64,000 nt of DNA from Eledone cirrhosa (taxonomy: Eukaryota). The stretch is from positions 23,932,001-23,996,000 of the forward strand of contig OZ024751.1 in the NCBI GenBank assembly GCA_964016885.1. The letters run 5' to 3'. Both the position numbers and the translations under genes were made by a program. Below the pieces are notes generated by a model. The model ran no database searches, was not told where the DNA came from, and saw nothing but the letters and a program-made list of their open reading frames with translations. Positions 1 through 13,200 of the stretch are shown here, piece after piece (positions within the stretch are counted from its first letter, which is position 1; each line of letters begins with the position of its first letter).

Positions 1-24
1 CTCTGCCGTCGGGGTCATACTTTT

Positions 25-79
<55 letters not shown>

Positions 80-1189
80 TTTAAGTCCCTCCGAGGTTAA
101 CTTTGACTTTCATCCTCATGGTGGCTGATAAAATAAAGTACCACTGCCGCACTAGGTTCGAGTTACTCGAATTACCACTTCCATTAAATTGTTGGCCTGT
201 GCCAAAAGTAGAAACACTTATAAAGCTATCTTTTGCTTTTTAACACACATTTTGAACAGAAGGTGTTCCTACATTTAACTGGCTGTATCAGCATTTAGTA
301 AGAACGCATATTATACAAAGACACCATCAGTGTAATCTCACATTATCTCGTATACATGTCTAACATTAAATCTTCAGTGAAAAAATAGATTTCTTTACTG
401 TGTATAGCTAGAAAGAATCCGTTATTTAAAACCTTATTTTCTTTATTTGTTGCAGGAGGAATCTCGTTTTACAATTGCTTTAATTAGTAAATGCGCCTAT
501 CACGATTCTTGAGTAAACACTGGTATTGCACAGATAAAAGATGTGAGAAAACAGGAGAGAGAGAGAGAGAGAGAGAGGAGGAAGAGAGAGAAATGAAGAG
601 AGATGGAGAAAGAAAGTGTTTTGAAGAGGAAATGAAATGTAAAGAACGAAAGCAAAATTGCAAACATTGCAAAAAGATAAAGGAGTTGAAATATATGAGT
701 TAAAATAAGACAAACAGAGTAATTATGTGCTGATTCAGTGACGCCAAACAAATTGAAAAAAAAGTGAGAAATAAAATAAAATAAAATCAATGTGAAATCG
801 ATATTGGTTTCTAAATATGATGCTAGCTGGACATTTATTGATGCTGTTCGTTAAAATAAATTATGTTGCAGATTTTGACGTATAATGCAATATTAGTCGG
901 GTCTTGACCGTAGGCTATATGAGCACCCATGCTCATTAATTAACGGAGTTATCCTATGTATCACAATTATAATTACATCATTATTTTTACTATGTGATTA
1001 AACAATGACATATCTTAATGGAATACGTATACAAATAACTTCCTGCCAACTGACGATGAGCCACCACTTTTAAAGCGGACACACGTATGAGCGTACATGT
1101 GTATAACCTGCTACCAATCAGACTTCATAATCTATATTAGAATATTAGCGTGTGACGTCAGATTAGCTTTAAACGGTTGTGCCATTTAC

Positions 1190-1325
1190 GGTCCTTGCCA
1201 TTCTGAGTTCAAATCCCGCCGAGGTTGACTTTGCCTTTCATCCTTACGGGGTCGATAAAATAAAGTACCAGTAATGCACTGGGTAATTGCTGGCCTTGTG
1301 CCAAAAGTAGAAACAATTATTATTA
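1190..1325 (+). mobile_element. Major SINE, 5'-truncated (others at about 80-220, 6870-7080, 12750-12965, 13708-13900, 24520-24720, 41398-41520, 46415-46625, 49583-49770, 54260-54370, 55354-55465, 55617-55785)
   Basis: Shared core gactttgcctttcatccttacggggtcgataaaataaagtaccagtaatgcactgg. The core resembles the Meta-type SINE central domain (from memory, unverified). Confidence 0.9.
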
Positions 1326-1652
1326 ATGAATGGTATTGAGTTACGGCCCTTTATGTTCTGAGTTCAAATCCCGCCGTTCCTGATTATTACTAGAAATTCT
1401 ATAAGAATGAAATATTTATGATTTTCAGCAAACAGGTGGAGTACTTGGCTTTCATAAGTACCAATCAGTACAAAACATAGCTCTGTCAGCTTTATCTCCC
1501 CTGTTTGCTGAAAATTTAAAGTAAGTGAGACTGTCACTACTCTAAAACAATAGCATAAGGTCTTCGAAATGCTTTTAATTACGCATACAGTGTATTGAAA
1601 AATACACTATATATACATTCATATATATATCGCTATTTTAGAGCGCCAATTC

Positions 1653-1705
<53 letters not shown>

Positions 1706-1922
1706 TAAACGGAACAGAAAATGCTGACAAATTGTTCACAGTTGAAAAATGGTTTAATTAGGAATAAAAGAGTATTAGTGATTGTATGGGTTAGTATTCA
1801 GTTGTGGTTTTAAGTTTTATATACAAATATAAATTACCGAGAATCGTATTTCGGCTTTGGAATTAGCGAAAAACAACTTCCGAGATGTGTGGCATGTATA
1901 TATATATATGTATATCTATATC

Positions 1923-1976
<54 letters not shown>

Positions 1977-1977
1977 T

Positions 1978-2030
1978 GAGATTCTACAGGACTAGAACTG
2001 TTTCATTCTTTAGAAATCATCAGGAATCTC
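1978..2030 (-). ncRNA. Type I hammerhead ribozyme (family A)
   Basis: Minus strand: gagattc CTGATGA tttctaaagaat GAAA cag ttctagtc ctg TA gaatctc. 7-bp stem I, intact core, GUA cleavage triplet. Confidence 0.85.
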
Positions 2031-2110
2031 TTAATATTAAAACTTGTATACTCTGCTATGTATTGAGTACCTTACTTACTGTGGTTACCTCCGATTCAAC
2101 CCGGAATAAC
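1978..2110. mobile_element. Family A pLTR fragment with inversion, within (TA)n
   Basis: Shares sequence with 20014-20179, 23011-23190, 55016-55175 and (diverged) 58306-58398. Confidence 0.85.
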
Positions 2111-2136
2111 GTATATATATATATATATATATTATA

Positions 2137-2187
<51 letters not shown>

Positions 2188-2236
2188 GTATATCTATATC
2201 TATATGTATATATGTATATATATATATATATGTATG

Positions 2237-2325
<89 letters not shown>

Positions 2326-2430
2326 GTATATATATATATGTATATCTATATCTATATGTATATATATTTATATATATATATATATATATATGTATATGTA
2401 TATATATCTATATCTATATGTATATATATT

Positions 2431-2495
<65 letters not shown>

Positions 2496-2497
<2 letters not shown>

Positions 2498-2652
2498 TGT
2501 TTGTACTTTTGGCACAAGGCCACCAATTATCCCAGTGTATTACTGGTACTTTATTTTATCGACCCCTAAGGATGAAAGGCAAAGGTAACCTCGGCGGGAT
2601 TTGAACTCAGACCATAAAGTGCCGTAACTCTTTGCTACAAAGCATGGTGTCA
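2496..2652 (-). mobile_element. Major SINE with long (TTA)n tail (other minus copies at about 10500-10705, 12430-12600, 27630-27705, 34560-34656, 51015-51445)
   Basis: Reverse complement of the SINE consensus, adjoining (AAT)n at 2437-2497. Confidence 0.9.
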
Positions 2653-2668
2653 GAGTAATAGTAATAAT

Positions 2669-2892
2669 AAATGTGAAGACTAAAATCCGAGGAGGGCACG
2701 ATAAAGATAATATATATATAAAATATATAAAACCGTACAGCAATAAGTATCGTCTTCCTGAGTTCCTTCGGTTGCAACGTTTTTCGAAATATTTTCTTCT
2801 GCGTCAACAGATTTTTTTAGTTTCAGAAGATCCCGTCAAGGGTGAAAGCAGCGATTCTTTGCTTAAACTTTAATCTGTTATTTTTATAAATA
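2669..2892. mobile_element. Family C pLTR fragment with inversion
   Basis: Matches 33025-33252 in two oppositely oriented pieces. Confidence 0.8.
2819..2869 (+). ncRNA. Hammerhead-like motif (family C, U4A core variant)
   Basis: agttt CAGAAGA tcccgtcaagggt GAAA gca gcgattctt tgc TT aaact. Confidence 0.7.
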
Positions 2893-2998
2893 TATATACA
2901 TATGTATTATATATATATATATATATATGTATATTATTATTAATATATATATATGTGTGTGTGTGTGTTTGTGTGTCTGTGTGTGTGTCTGTGTGTGC

Positions 2999-3076
<78 letters not shown>

Positions 3077-4050
3077 TTATATATATATAAATATATATAT
3101 ATATATGTATATACATATATATATATATATCATTTTGTGCCTGTAATAAAATGTTCACAAGCAAAAAGAATATACAAGACCAAAATACTACGCAATGCTT
3201 ATTTCTATTTTATAGCATAATCAACTTCGCTCACAAATTGTTATAAAATATTTGAGTAGTGACGAAATTTGTAAAATATTAAAGATAAACATGTGTTGTG
3301 TAATATGTAGCGTTTGTGTATCATGTCTTTCTAATGTTGTTTTTAATATTGCCGAAACTTGTTGGCTGTTTCATTTTAATGTTTTAGTGAAAATATAGAC
3401 AGCAAAATGTATTTTATAGCTCATAGCAATAATGATATTGTTAGTGCAGTGAACATATAGACGGCAAAGGGAATTGATGATAGTTTAAACAGTGATGGAG
3501 TTATTGTATTTCATGTGCAAACAATTAAATAGAAAAATTATCGAAGAAAGTGCTGAGTTTTAAAATGAAGTATTTATTGATTTACATTCCAATAAAACTT
3601 CATCAAAATTTGCTGACTTCAAATTCCCAAATATCCTATGAATATTATAGCTTCTATTTCATATTTTACCTACTTGCAAGAATATCTTTAATTATAATAG
3701 ATACAAACAATATCGCTGGAGAATGAACAATGAATAATACGGTGTGAGATACAACAATTGTGTAAATGTAAAATTCAATGCATAAGATATGACATATGGT
3801 TGCTGTATAAAGCCAACTGCTACATGACCTATAGAACATAAACACGAACACAAACAAGTAATAGATGTAACACTACATGAAAAATATCGTTCACTTTTCG
3901 CTACACCCCCCTTCGCTCTCTCTCTGTATATATATTTATATATATATGTATGTATATATGTATATATATATATGTATATATATATACATATATATATATG
4001 GAAAGTTATATTTAAATTGTTGGGTTACAACTAGTAAATATTTATAACTA

Positions 4051-4137
<87 letters not shown>

Positions 4138-4277
4138 CCACTCTAGCGATTTTATTAGTCAATTGCAACTAAAACATGTAAATGTTCATCAAATATTAAT
4201 TTATACTGCTCAGAAGCGATTCTTAGAGCTGAAATGATTGTAAATGACCCCATTGAGTCTAAACTCTAAGCTATTTA

Positions 4278-4408
<131 letters not shown>

Positions 4409-4951
4409 TAGAGAGGTGAAACATGAGTCGATATATATGAAAAAAATATTAAAAAGGGGGGAAAAACAGTAGCAAATACTAAAGCGATTTTCTATCAGAA
4501 TAACATCAAAGCATTTATTTACGAAATAGAAATGTCTGCATTAATCATACCGGATTCAGCATGTAGGACTCTTCACAGCATTAATGGTGACACAACTAAG
4601 GTTCTGTTCTCCACATTAATAACAATATTGTATTTGATGAACAAGCAATTAGGCTCCATATTATATCAGTTATAAAGCTTGCGTTTGAAAATGAAGTACT
4701 TATTTGTTTACATTGCATAACACATCGCTTTGTTTCTGATTTCAAATCTACAAATTTTCTAAAATTATTTATTTTCCCATTTCTCCTTGCATGAATAATC
4801 CCAACGTCTTAGGCAATAAACATTGTCATGGTCTTTTGACGATTGCTACTTAATGTATTGATGTTTTGTCTCTGTTCTGAACGCTAGAAGTAAGTAGATA
4901 AGCACACATCAATACACACACATAGTTATATATAAGTTGTATATATATATA

Positions 4952-6286
4952 GCCAGAATACTCAAACCCATCTTAGACACCTTGCCAGGACACGTTAACA
5001 GCTCCGAGGAGGTGTTGAAGCGCCTGCATCAAATGGATCCCGACACCAGAAGGAATAACAGATATGCCTTCAGCTTTGACGTAGTCGCTCTCTACACCTC
5101 GGTCCCGGCACTCCCGGCCGTCAATATACTGATGGAACGCGTCCAATCCACCGACCTACACTGCTTCGGGCTCACCACCACTGACATCCACCAACTCCTA
5201 TCCATCGTCGTCGACAACACCTACTTCGGATTCCTTGACCAAACATACCAACAAACCTCGGGATTGCCCATGGGATCAAGCCTGTCGGGTGTGCTAGCGA
5301 TCTCTTACATGGACAACCTCGAGCGCAAGGCACTCAACGCCTGCCACCCCAACGCCGTAGCCTTTTTCTCAAGGTACGTGGACGATATCCTCATCCTCAC
5401 ATCTTCCCAAGAGACGGCGAACAGAATCTATGAGACGTTCAACAATACGGACGAGAACATTGACTTCAGTGTTGAACACCCCAACGAAGACGGGTCACTT
5501 GCCCTCCTCCACTTCCGAATTAACATCACGGAACAGGGAAGGATCCACTGCAACTTCTACCGAAAGGCAGCCTGCAGGGACCTGTTCGTTCACTACAAGT
5601 CCGCCCTCCCTAACAGTGCCAAAATGAGGATACATCACGAACGAGATCGCGCGAATCAAAAACAGATGCAGCGATCCGCGAGTGGTGTCACTCATACCAA
5701 GCGATTCCTCGAGATGCTGGAGACGAACGGGTACCCTATCTCGCTCACAGACAGAATAGGAGACACCAGACACAAGAGGCAGTGAGGCACCCAAGGCAAG
5801 TGCTTCCTTAAAATGCCACACCTGGGCGAGAATACCACCAACGCTATCCGCAAGGCTATACGGAGAGAGGGCCTCGATATCCACCTGGCCCACTCGGGCC
5901 CCTCTCTGCAAAGATGCCTCTCCAGGAAACCCGGGAAATCTACTGGCGCATGCTCCCTCAGAGACTGCCCGATACGCCATGCGAACTGTTGCCTACGCAC
6001 ATACATCGTGTATAAGATAGAATGTGACAGGTGCAACCAATACTACATAGGTAGCACAATCCGACCTTTGCACATCCGGATCAAGGAACACACTAAAACC
6101 AGGGCCTCGTCTTTCCGGAAACACATAGACAAATGCGGAAACAAAGACGGAAGGCCCATTGTCACAATTCTAGCGACTGAAAGAAACGTCGGCGCGTTAG
6201 GTATCAAGGAAGCGCTTTTTATCAAACGCTTGGAACCGCAAATAAACAATCGATCCGAGAGAAGCGAAATGAGATGGCTGGTTTAA
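4952..6286 (+). pseudogene. Disrupted PLE reverse transcriptase / GIY-YIG endonuclease ORF
   Basis: RT motifs SFDVVALYTSVP, QTSGLPMGSSLSG, SRYVDDIL. Zn-knuckle/GIY-YIG CSLRDC..CCLRTYIVYKIECDRCNQYYIGSTIR..RIKEH..IKEALFIK..PQINN. ORFs 4937-5785 and 5813-6286 share a frame and are separated by one TGA (5783-5785). Probable compensated frameshift at about 5627-5688. Confidence 0.93.
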
Positions 6287-6671
6287 GTTAACAAACGATG
6301 CAGCAACACACGCACACACACACACAAACGAGACAACTAGACACGCACACTCACACACACACAGTAGAATTCCACCATACGACCATACTACACTGCCAAT
6401 ACAGAGGAACAACAACACACGCACACACACACTCAAGCGAGACAACAACACACGCACACACACACACAGTAACATTTAACAAACAGGCAGAGAATGGACT
6501 GACAGCTAGCGCCACCCCACTCCCTCATTCGGCCGCTGACCTCTTCCCGACCGACCCCATTTCACGCGCACGCGCGCTCTGCTGAATACCTCGGATATTC
6601 AAAACAACAAACAGCGGAGGACGCGTTTCGCACCTTTCCGACAGACAACTTTTCCCCCACCCCGAAAAAAA

Positions 6672-6708
6672 CCCCCAGCTGATGGATGTGAATCCGAAAT
6701 ATATAGGG
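6672..6708 (+). ncRNA. Degenerate minimal hammerhead in PLE 1 3' UTR
   Basis: ccc cagctgat ggat gtga atcc GAAA tata TA ggg. Stems I and II and the palindromic stem III are present but the core deviates from CUGAnGA. Confidence 0.5.
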
Positions 6709-9700
6709 ACAATTAAATCTCTCCCAAGGTAACTCTCTCTCGTGTTATTTTATTTTATCCTTTATGCTCTTTCCTTCATTCCTCTACACGTCTTATACAC
6801 GCCACACATCTCAACGTACACACACTTACATCTCTCAAATGAGTACATTATATATCATTTAATTTGGTAAGAGCGGTAGATTGAACGTTTCGGTAGAGCG
6901 TCGGCCAACATACTTTGCGGCATTTAGTTACGTTCTTTTATGTTCTGAGATCAAATCCAGTCGAGGTTAGTTTTGTTTTTCATCCTTAAAGGGTCGAATA
7001 AATACAGCACCAGTAATGCACTGGGGTCGATTTAATTGATTTTTCTTCCCCAAAATTGATGTTCTTGTTCCTAAATCAGATGAGAGTATCTAGTTGATCG
7101 AACAACTAAATGAGCATAGTCGAGATCGACGAGGACCCGACAGTGAATGTGTATTTGTGTAAACATATCTAAAGTCTTTCTCGAGCCAGAAAGCTCATCG
7201 GTCGTTGTTTATCCCGGTTACCGTTGTGTGAAATGTCTGAGAGTGCACAGCTCTCCTCTTGACTGAATATCTGTCCTTCGTTGGGTTAAACCCCCAAAAT
7301 ACAGTTGGTACTTATCTTCAGCTGAGTACACTTGAACAATGGGAAATGAGGTGGTTTTCTCAAGAACACAATACAGTCCAGGGATCGAATCTACAACATT
7401 ATAATAGTAATTCTGACACCCTTACACTAGCGAAACGCCTCCATGTATTTGTGTAAGATATTAGTAAAATATCTAACATTGCAAATAGAGAGATTATGCA
7501 TCATATCTAAAGTGGAAAACATTGTAGAGACAGCATAATAAGTATATCTTAAATAGTAATAATAATGGCATGGACTTGAATATTCATTGCATTCTGGTGT
7601 AGTCACGATTATTTCTTATACATTCAACTAGAACCATGTAAATAGAATATTGTTGAATAGAATAGGCGTCTCAAACACAATATATAATTATGGATATTAT
7701 CGAGAAATCGAAGCACCAATGAACATTCTGTTCTACTACAAGATTATGAACCGTGTTTCGTGTAACCTGCCATTTTGAATAGTATTTACGTTGGTACAAG
7801 GTAACAGAATTAACTGTGAGTGGTAGATATTGCAATCTAGAACTACATTATCTAGAGAAGCTTGCTATTTGAGAGAGTATGGTGAACGTTTGAGTATCAT
7901 TTGGATGCAATGTCTTGCAGATTTAATGACAACACATAATGCCTCCTTTATTTGCTTGGGTGTTGTTCTATAGTATGCTATACAGTTGCAAATGACAGTT
8001 ACAAGTTAAATATAATTATGTGCTTGCATAAGTACCAGTAATGTACTGGGTAATTGCTGGCTTTGTGCCAAATGTAGAAACAATTATTAATCCGTCTCAC
8101 AATGATTTGAGATTTGAACCTGGAAGCAGTGAATTTATAGACAATTTCAAGAATTAACATGTTAAAACCCACACCGTACAAATCAAATTTATCTTCTATA
8201 TATTTCAGACAACTTATTTCATAATTCATGAAGAAACTTAGTAACAATACCACAAATATAATAAACCACTTGTAGTTAATGGTTAGAATGTCTAAGGAAA
8301 GAATATCTGGACGGATTTTACAGACAAAGTCATACGGCGGGATAAACAAAGGTAGAGTTCGAACTCGGTTGGTGTCACTTGGTGATTCAGCCTGAGATGT
8401 CTGCTTCTGATAAGACCCTTTAGAAGGCGGGGCTGAAGACTCTTCCTCCACAACCTCTTCCAAAGTTTGTCCTGGCTCTTTACACTCTGAATTCAAATCT
8501 CACCGAAGTCAATTTTGCCTTTCATACATAAAACAAAGTGTTAGTAAATCACTCTGCGTCTATCAAATATACTTTCTCTACCCAACAAATCGTACCTAAA
8601 TTACAAATCATTGTTTATTTTATATTTAACTCATAGAAAATGTCATTGGTTGTGACATAAACATTTCGGCTTCCAATTTAATCTTTCCGAAACCGTTATA
8701 TATTTTTATCATGTTAGGAGAACATTAATTGAAAATGTGTTTGTGACAGTCGAAGTTGATCTGCATTCAAACTCACAGTCCGTTCAGTGTGTGACTTCTT
8801 TATTATTGCATGAATTCATTTCCCCGACATCCGTGCTACCTATTCAAGAGACAACATTATTATAGCTTTGTATTGTTCTCCCTGTAGACACGGTATAAAG
8901 TAAAAAATATTTAACCAGCTAACATAGGCAAAACATACAAATTCTTCTAGAGATATTATTGTCAAACGTCGAAAAAACAAACCAACTGTAAGCTTCCCTT
9001 TTAGATTTAAACCTCATACCATTCGATAAATGTATTCGTGGAATGGCAAGGCTCAGAATTATTGACATATAAATGGAAGGAAAAACTCTTATATATACGA
9101 AAAGTTTCACAAATAAGACGACTTTGACACGCTGAAATCGAAAGTACACACTGTTGTTAATATGGTACTGCTGATGATTATATTTCTAAATATGTGTAGC
9201 CTATGGGTAACTGAAAAATCCATCACATGTACGCAAATATAATATTGAAACAGGATAAAAACCAACGGAAATTCAGTTTGTCGATAAACATTGGCATCCA
9301 TTACTTTAGCTAAATATATATATATCGCTTTACGCTATCTATTTATTCTTTTATTTAATCAATTTAAACGTCCATATAGAGCAAGTAAAACATGACAGGC
9401 AAGGAGAGGTATATACTACTACTTAAACTTAAGAAATAGAATCAAGAGATAGACAAAGTGAAGAAAACGAAAAGCAAGAGGACAACGGGATGCAAAAGTA
9501 GCATAAATAAGAAAAAGGGAGAAAAGTCAAAGAGAGCTATAAAGCAGCTAAAATCGTTTCCGTTGAAGATTTTCTTAGCCTCCATGTTCAGAGATATTTT
9601 CTTTATAGTTGGTAGATTTTTGACAATATTTTGCACGTCCAAGCCTAGTATTTTATTAAAGACCGGCTTCAAGATGCCCTCTCTCCGAGACTGGAAGTTT

Positions 9701-10129
9701 TTACAGCGTTCTTTCATAAAATTATTTAAATGGAGCGATCTACGTGTAGTATAGTACAACCAGCGTCGGTTTCAAGAAATGTTGGTATCTAAGTGGTTAA
9801 TATCCGAGGAAGATATAATTTGCATCTAGCAAATAAATATGAAATATGAAAATTGAAACGTTATGAGATTTCTAATATCCCCAGTAGTAGAAAATGAAAA
9901 TAAAATATCTGTGACGCTGTCTCTGTACTGGTGAATAAAGGTGACGAGAATCTCATCAAAGCAACTTAATATTAAATTATATTTGCCTAAAGGTATCGAT
10001 ATATCTCATCGGACATAAATGAAATACTTCATCGTTATTGTACGTATAACAATTTTCCTGCAGGTATAAATATTATGAATACTACACATATGCCCCCCCC
10101 CTCACATACACACACACACACGCACACAC

Positions 10130-10222
<93 letters not shown>

Positions 10223-13200
10223 AAATATACACATTTATTAGTGAGTCGGAGCTCAACTGCTAAGCGCTTGAAATGTCGTCCTGTCTAGAGTTTGATGTCG
10301 AAACGGCTACGCTCCTACTATTTATCGGCCACAAAAGGAAGAAAAGCAAATTGAACTTGGCGGTTTCTGAACTCAGAGTACACAGAGCTGGGACGAATAA
10401 CACAAAGCATTGTATCTAACGTTTTAACCACTCTGTCAACTCGCCGCCTCATCTAACTCTATTACTTACACTTAAATTGTTTACTAATATTTTTCGATTT
10501 AGGTACAAGGCAAACACATATTTGAGGAGGGAAAAGTCGATTAAATCTACCCCAGTGCGTTACTGGTACTTTATTTCATCGACCCCTTAAGGATATAAAG
10601 CAAAGCTAACTTTGGTGCTATTTAAACGCGCAACGTAAAGGGATGAAACCATATGCCGCAAAGCATGCTGTCCGACGCTCTACCGATATTGCCAATCCAC
10701 CGACCGTTTTTTTAAATTGTTTAATAATGGTTTCTGATTCAGGCATGAGGCCAGCAATTTTTGGGGAAGGGAATATCGATTAAATATATATAAAGGGCAG
10801 CATTATTAAACATTTTAAGAGGGTGGTGGATTGACACGAATCGTTAGGGCGGCAGACAGCATGCTTTGCGGCATACATTTACGTCCCTTTTCATTCTGAG
10901 TTTAAATACCGCCGAGGTTAGCTTTCCCTATCATTCTTACGGGGTCGATAAAACAAAGTACCAGTGCATTACTGGTACTTTATTTTATCGACCCCGTAAG
11001 AATGATAGGGAAAGTTAAACTCAGTATGAAAAGGGACGTAAATGTATGCCGCAAAGCATGCTGTCTGCCGCCCTAACAATTAGTGTCAATCCACCACCCT
11101 TTTAAAATGTTTAATAATGCTGCCCTTTATATATATATTTATTTGTCATAATTATTTATTTACTACATTCTTCACACATTAGTATGTCATGCTTCTACAT
11201 AAGTCAGGAGATTATGTTTGAGAAATGTTTGAATTAGATGACAAAAATATCAAATATATCGCTGGGCATTTGCTGCGTGTTTGAAATGTCTGCAAATAGG
11301 ATTACTGCGGAATTCTAATACCTCGATCATCTCTATCAAAGCAGAAGCTATATTTCCAGCTTTGTCAAAATATTTCTCATGCTTAGATTCTTTATATAAC
11401 TAAATAAGGTAAATTCTGTGAGTGTTCGAGTTTTTTGAAGAATAGTAACTGTAATATAATCCTATAAATTTATACTATATCAAGGTCTTTTATTTAAATT
11501 TCTGATGCATATGGAAATGTCATTATTGAAGAATCTATCCCAGGTACACCTGTTCTTTTACGAATAAGCTAACTGGAATCGCTGCATGAAATCGATTTAC
11601 TTTTTTTGTGGATAAAATCTGGAATTTTCAGTCTTGTTTATTGTACTTCTTTTGTATAATATTCCTATGGCTATGTCAATAATATATTGGGCTAAATACT
11701 TTGTCGAATAGAAACTGCACGCAATATCTACAAAACCAATTACGTCGTCACTTCTTTGAAACGTTAACAATACAAAACCCAGCTTAGATGTCGCATTTCT
11801 TATGACACTGGGTTTTTAAATTTTGTGTACCTTTCCTGCAATAAATAATACAGGAAAATGCAATCTATTGAATGAGATAAGAATACAATAAGGAATTAAT
11901 TCCGGGAGTAAATTAATTTTGAATTGAGATGTTATTTAAAGATTAAAATTGAAAATTAATGAAGGTTAATTATGTACAATATCAACTCTGGTAATAATTT
12001 TAATTATGTCAGCCTTTTTCTTTTTAGGATGTATTGGAACATTCTGCAAAATTGCTAATATCGGTTTTAATGTGTTGGATATCCTAAGATTACACCGACA
12101 AGTGTTCCAGTTATTTGATCAACAGAACAGCCTACTTGGAAATTAACCAGCAAGTGACTGAGCCTTCCACAGCAACGTATATCGCCCAACGTGGTTCAAA
12201 GGGAGATTCAGCGTGACAAAGTGTGTTACAAAGCTAACTGTTTTGAAATACAAGTGTAACTTATTTTATTTTTCATCTGGGTAGATTGGGTTGCCGGGAA
12301 TCAGACTAATAGTCGTATGCGGACACTCTTACAACAAAGCCACAAAAAGCCTTCAGATGTTTGAAGGTATTTACTTATAAAAATGTGTAAACCGCAAAAT
12401 TGGAAACAATTTTCTATACCAATATTTATTCGAATTTAGGCACAAGACCAGGAATTTAGTGGAAGGGAAAGTTGATTAAATCAATCCCAATACTTGACTG
12501 GTACTTTATTTCATCGACATCTGTAGAATGACAGGCAACGCTGAAATAATACTACAAAGCCTTTATCCCAGCGCTTCAATGATTTACGAATCTATCGCAG
12601 GTTTCTATAGCAATAGTTATTATAGGCTAAATGACATAAGAGACGTTCCATGGATTCAATATGGAATATACAAATTTACATATTAAATCCAATTCCTTAC
12701 GTTTTAGAACACACATAACTGTTTAACATTTGTTAGCACTAATACGGGTGAAGGCTTGTCAGTATTGGTAGAGTAACGGACAATATGATTTGTGGTATAT
12801 AGTTACGTTCCTTTGTGTTATGAAGTCAAACCCCGGCGAGGTTAACTTTGCTTTTCATCCTTATGCGGTCGATGAATTCACGTACCAGTAACGCACTGGG
12901 GCCGATTAAATCGACGTCTCCTTCCCCCACAATTGTTGGCCTTGCACGTAAACCAGAATCAATTATTTAGTTCTGATATTAAAAGCGTTCACTGACCTAT
13001 TTCACAAATTATCTTTGAATGTTAAAGAATCAATCTCAACCATATATCCTTTTCAAATAATCAAAATGCCCTAATGAAGTTCATTAGTACTCGTTGATTA
13101 CCTTCTTAGTTTCAATAGCTATCCAAATAAAATGTTAAGCGTTAATATAAATCAGAATACATTTCTACAATTTTATGTATTTAATGAGAGTGTTGCGAAA

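Larger units (their letters stand above)
4952..6850 (+). mobile_element. Penelope-like retroelement 1 (5'-truncated, starts at a (TA)n tract): RT + GIY-YIG ORF, CA-rich 3' UTR and hammerhead-like pLTR
   Basis: Abrupt GC-rich island beginning right after (TA)n. Contains RT and GIY-YIG motifs, followed by a CA-rich tract and a hammerhead-like fold at 6672-6708. Confidence 0.93.

Noticed and set aside
436-512. Splice acceptor (ttttctttatttgttgcag) with a possible short terminal exon
   Set aside because: The following frames give only short peptides with no recognisable similarity, and such signals arise by chance in AT-rich DNA.
1421-1515. 16-bp inverted repeat pair (attttcagcaaacagg) as a MITE
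   Set aside because: Single copy in the window with no TSD, so it cannot be classified.
1976-2588. Long ORFs rich in IY, CV, HT, ER or polyN/Q throughout the ORF track
   Set aside because: They are translations of (TA)n, (CA)n, (GA)n, (AAT)n and (TTG)n microsatellites, which lack stops in some frames.
5495-6249. Minus-strand ORFs overlapping PLE 1 (and those overlapping PLE 2)
   Set aside because: Antisense shadows of GC-richer retroelement coding sequence with no independent motif.
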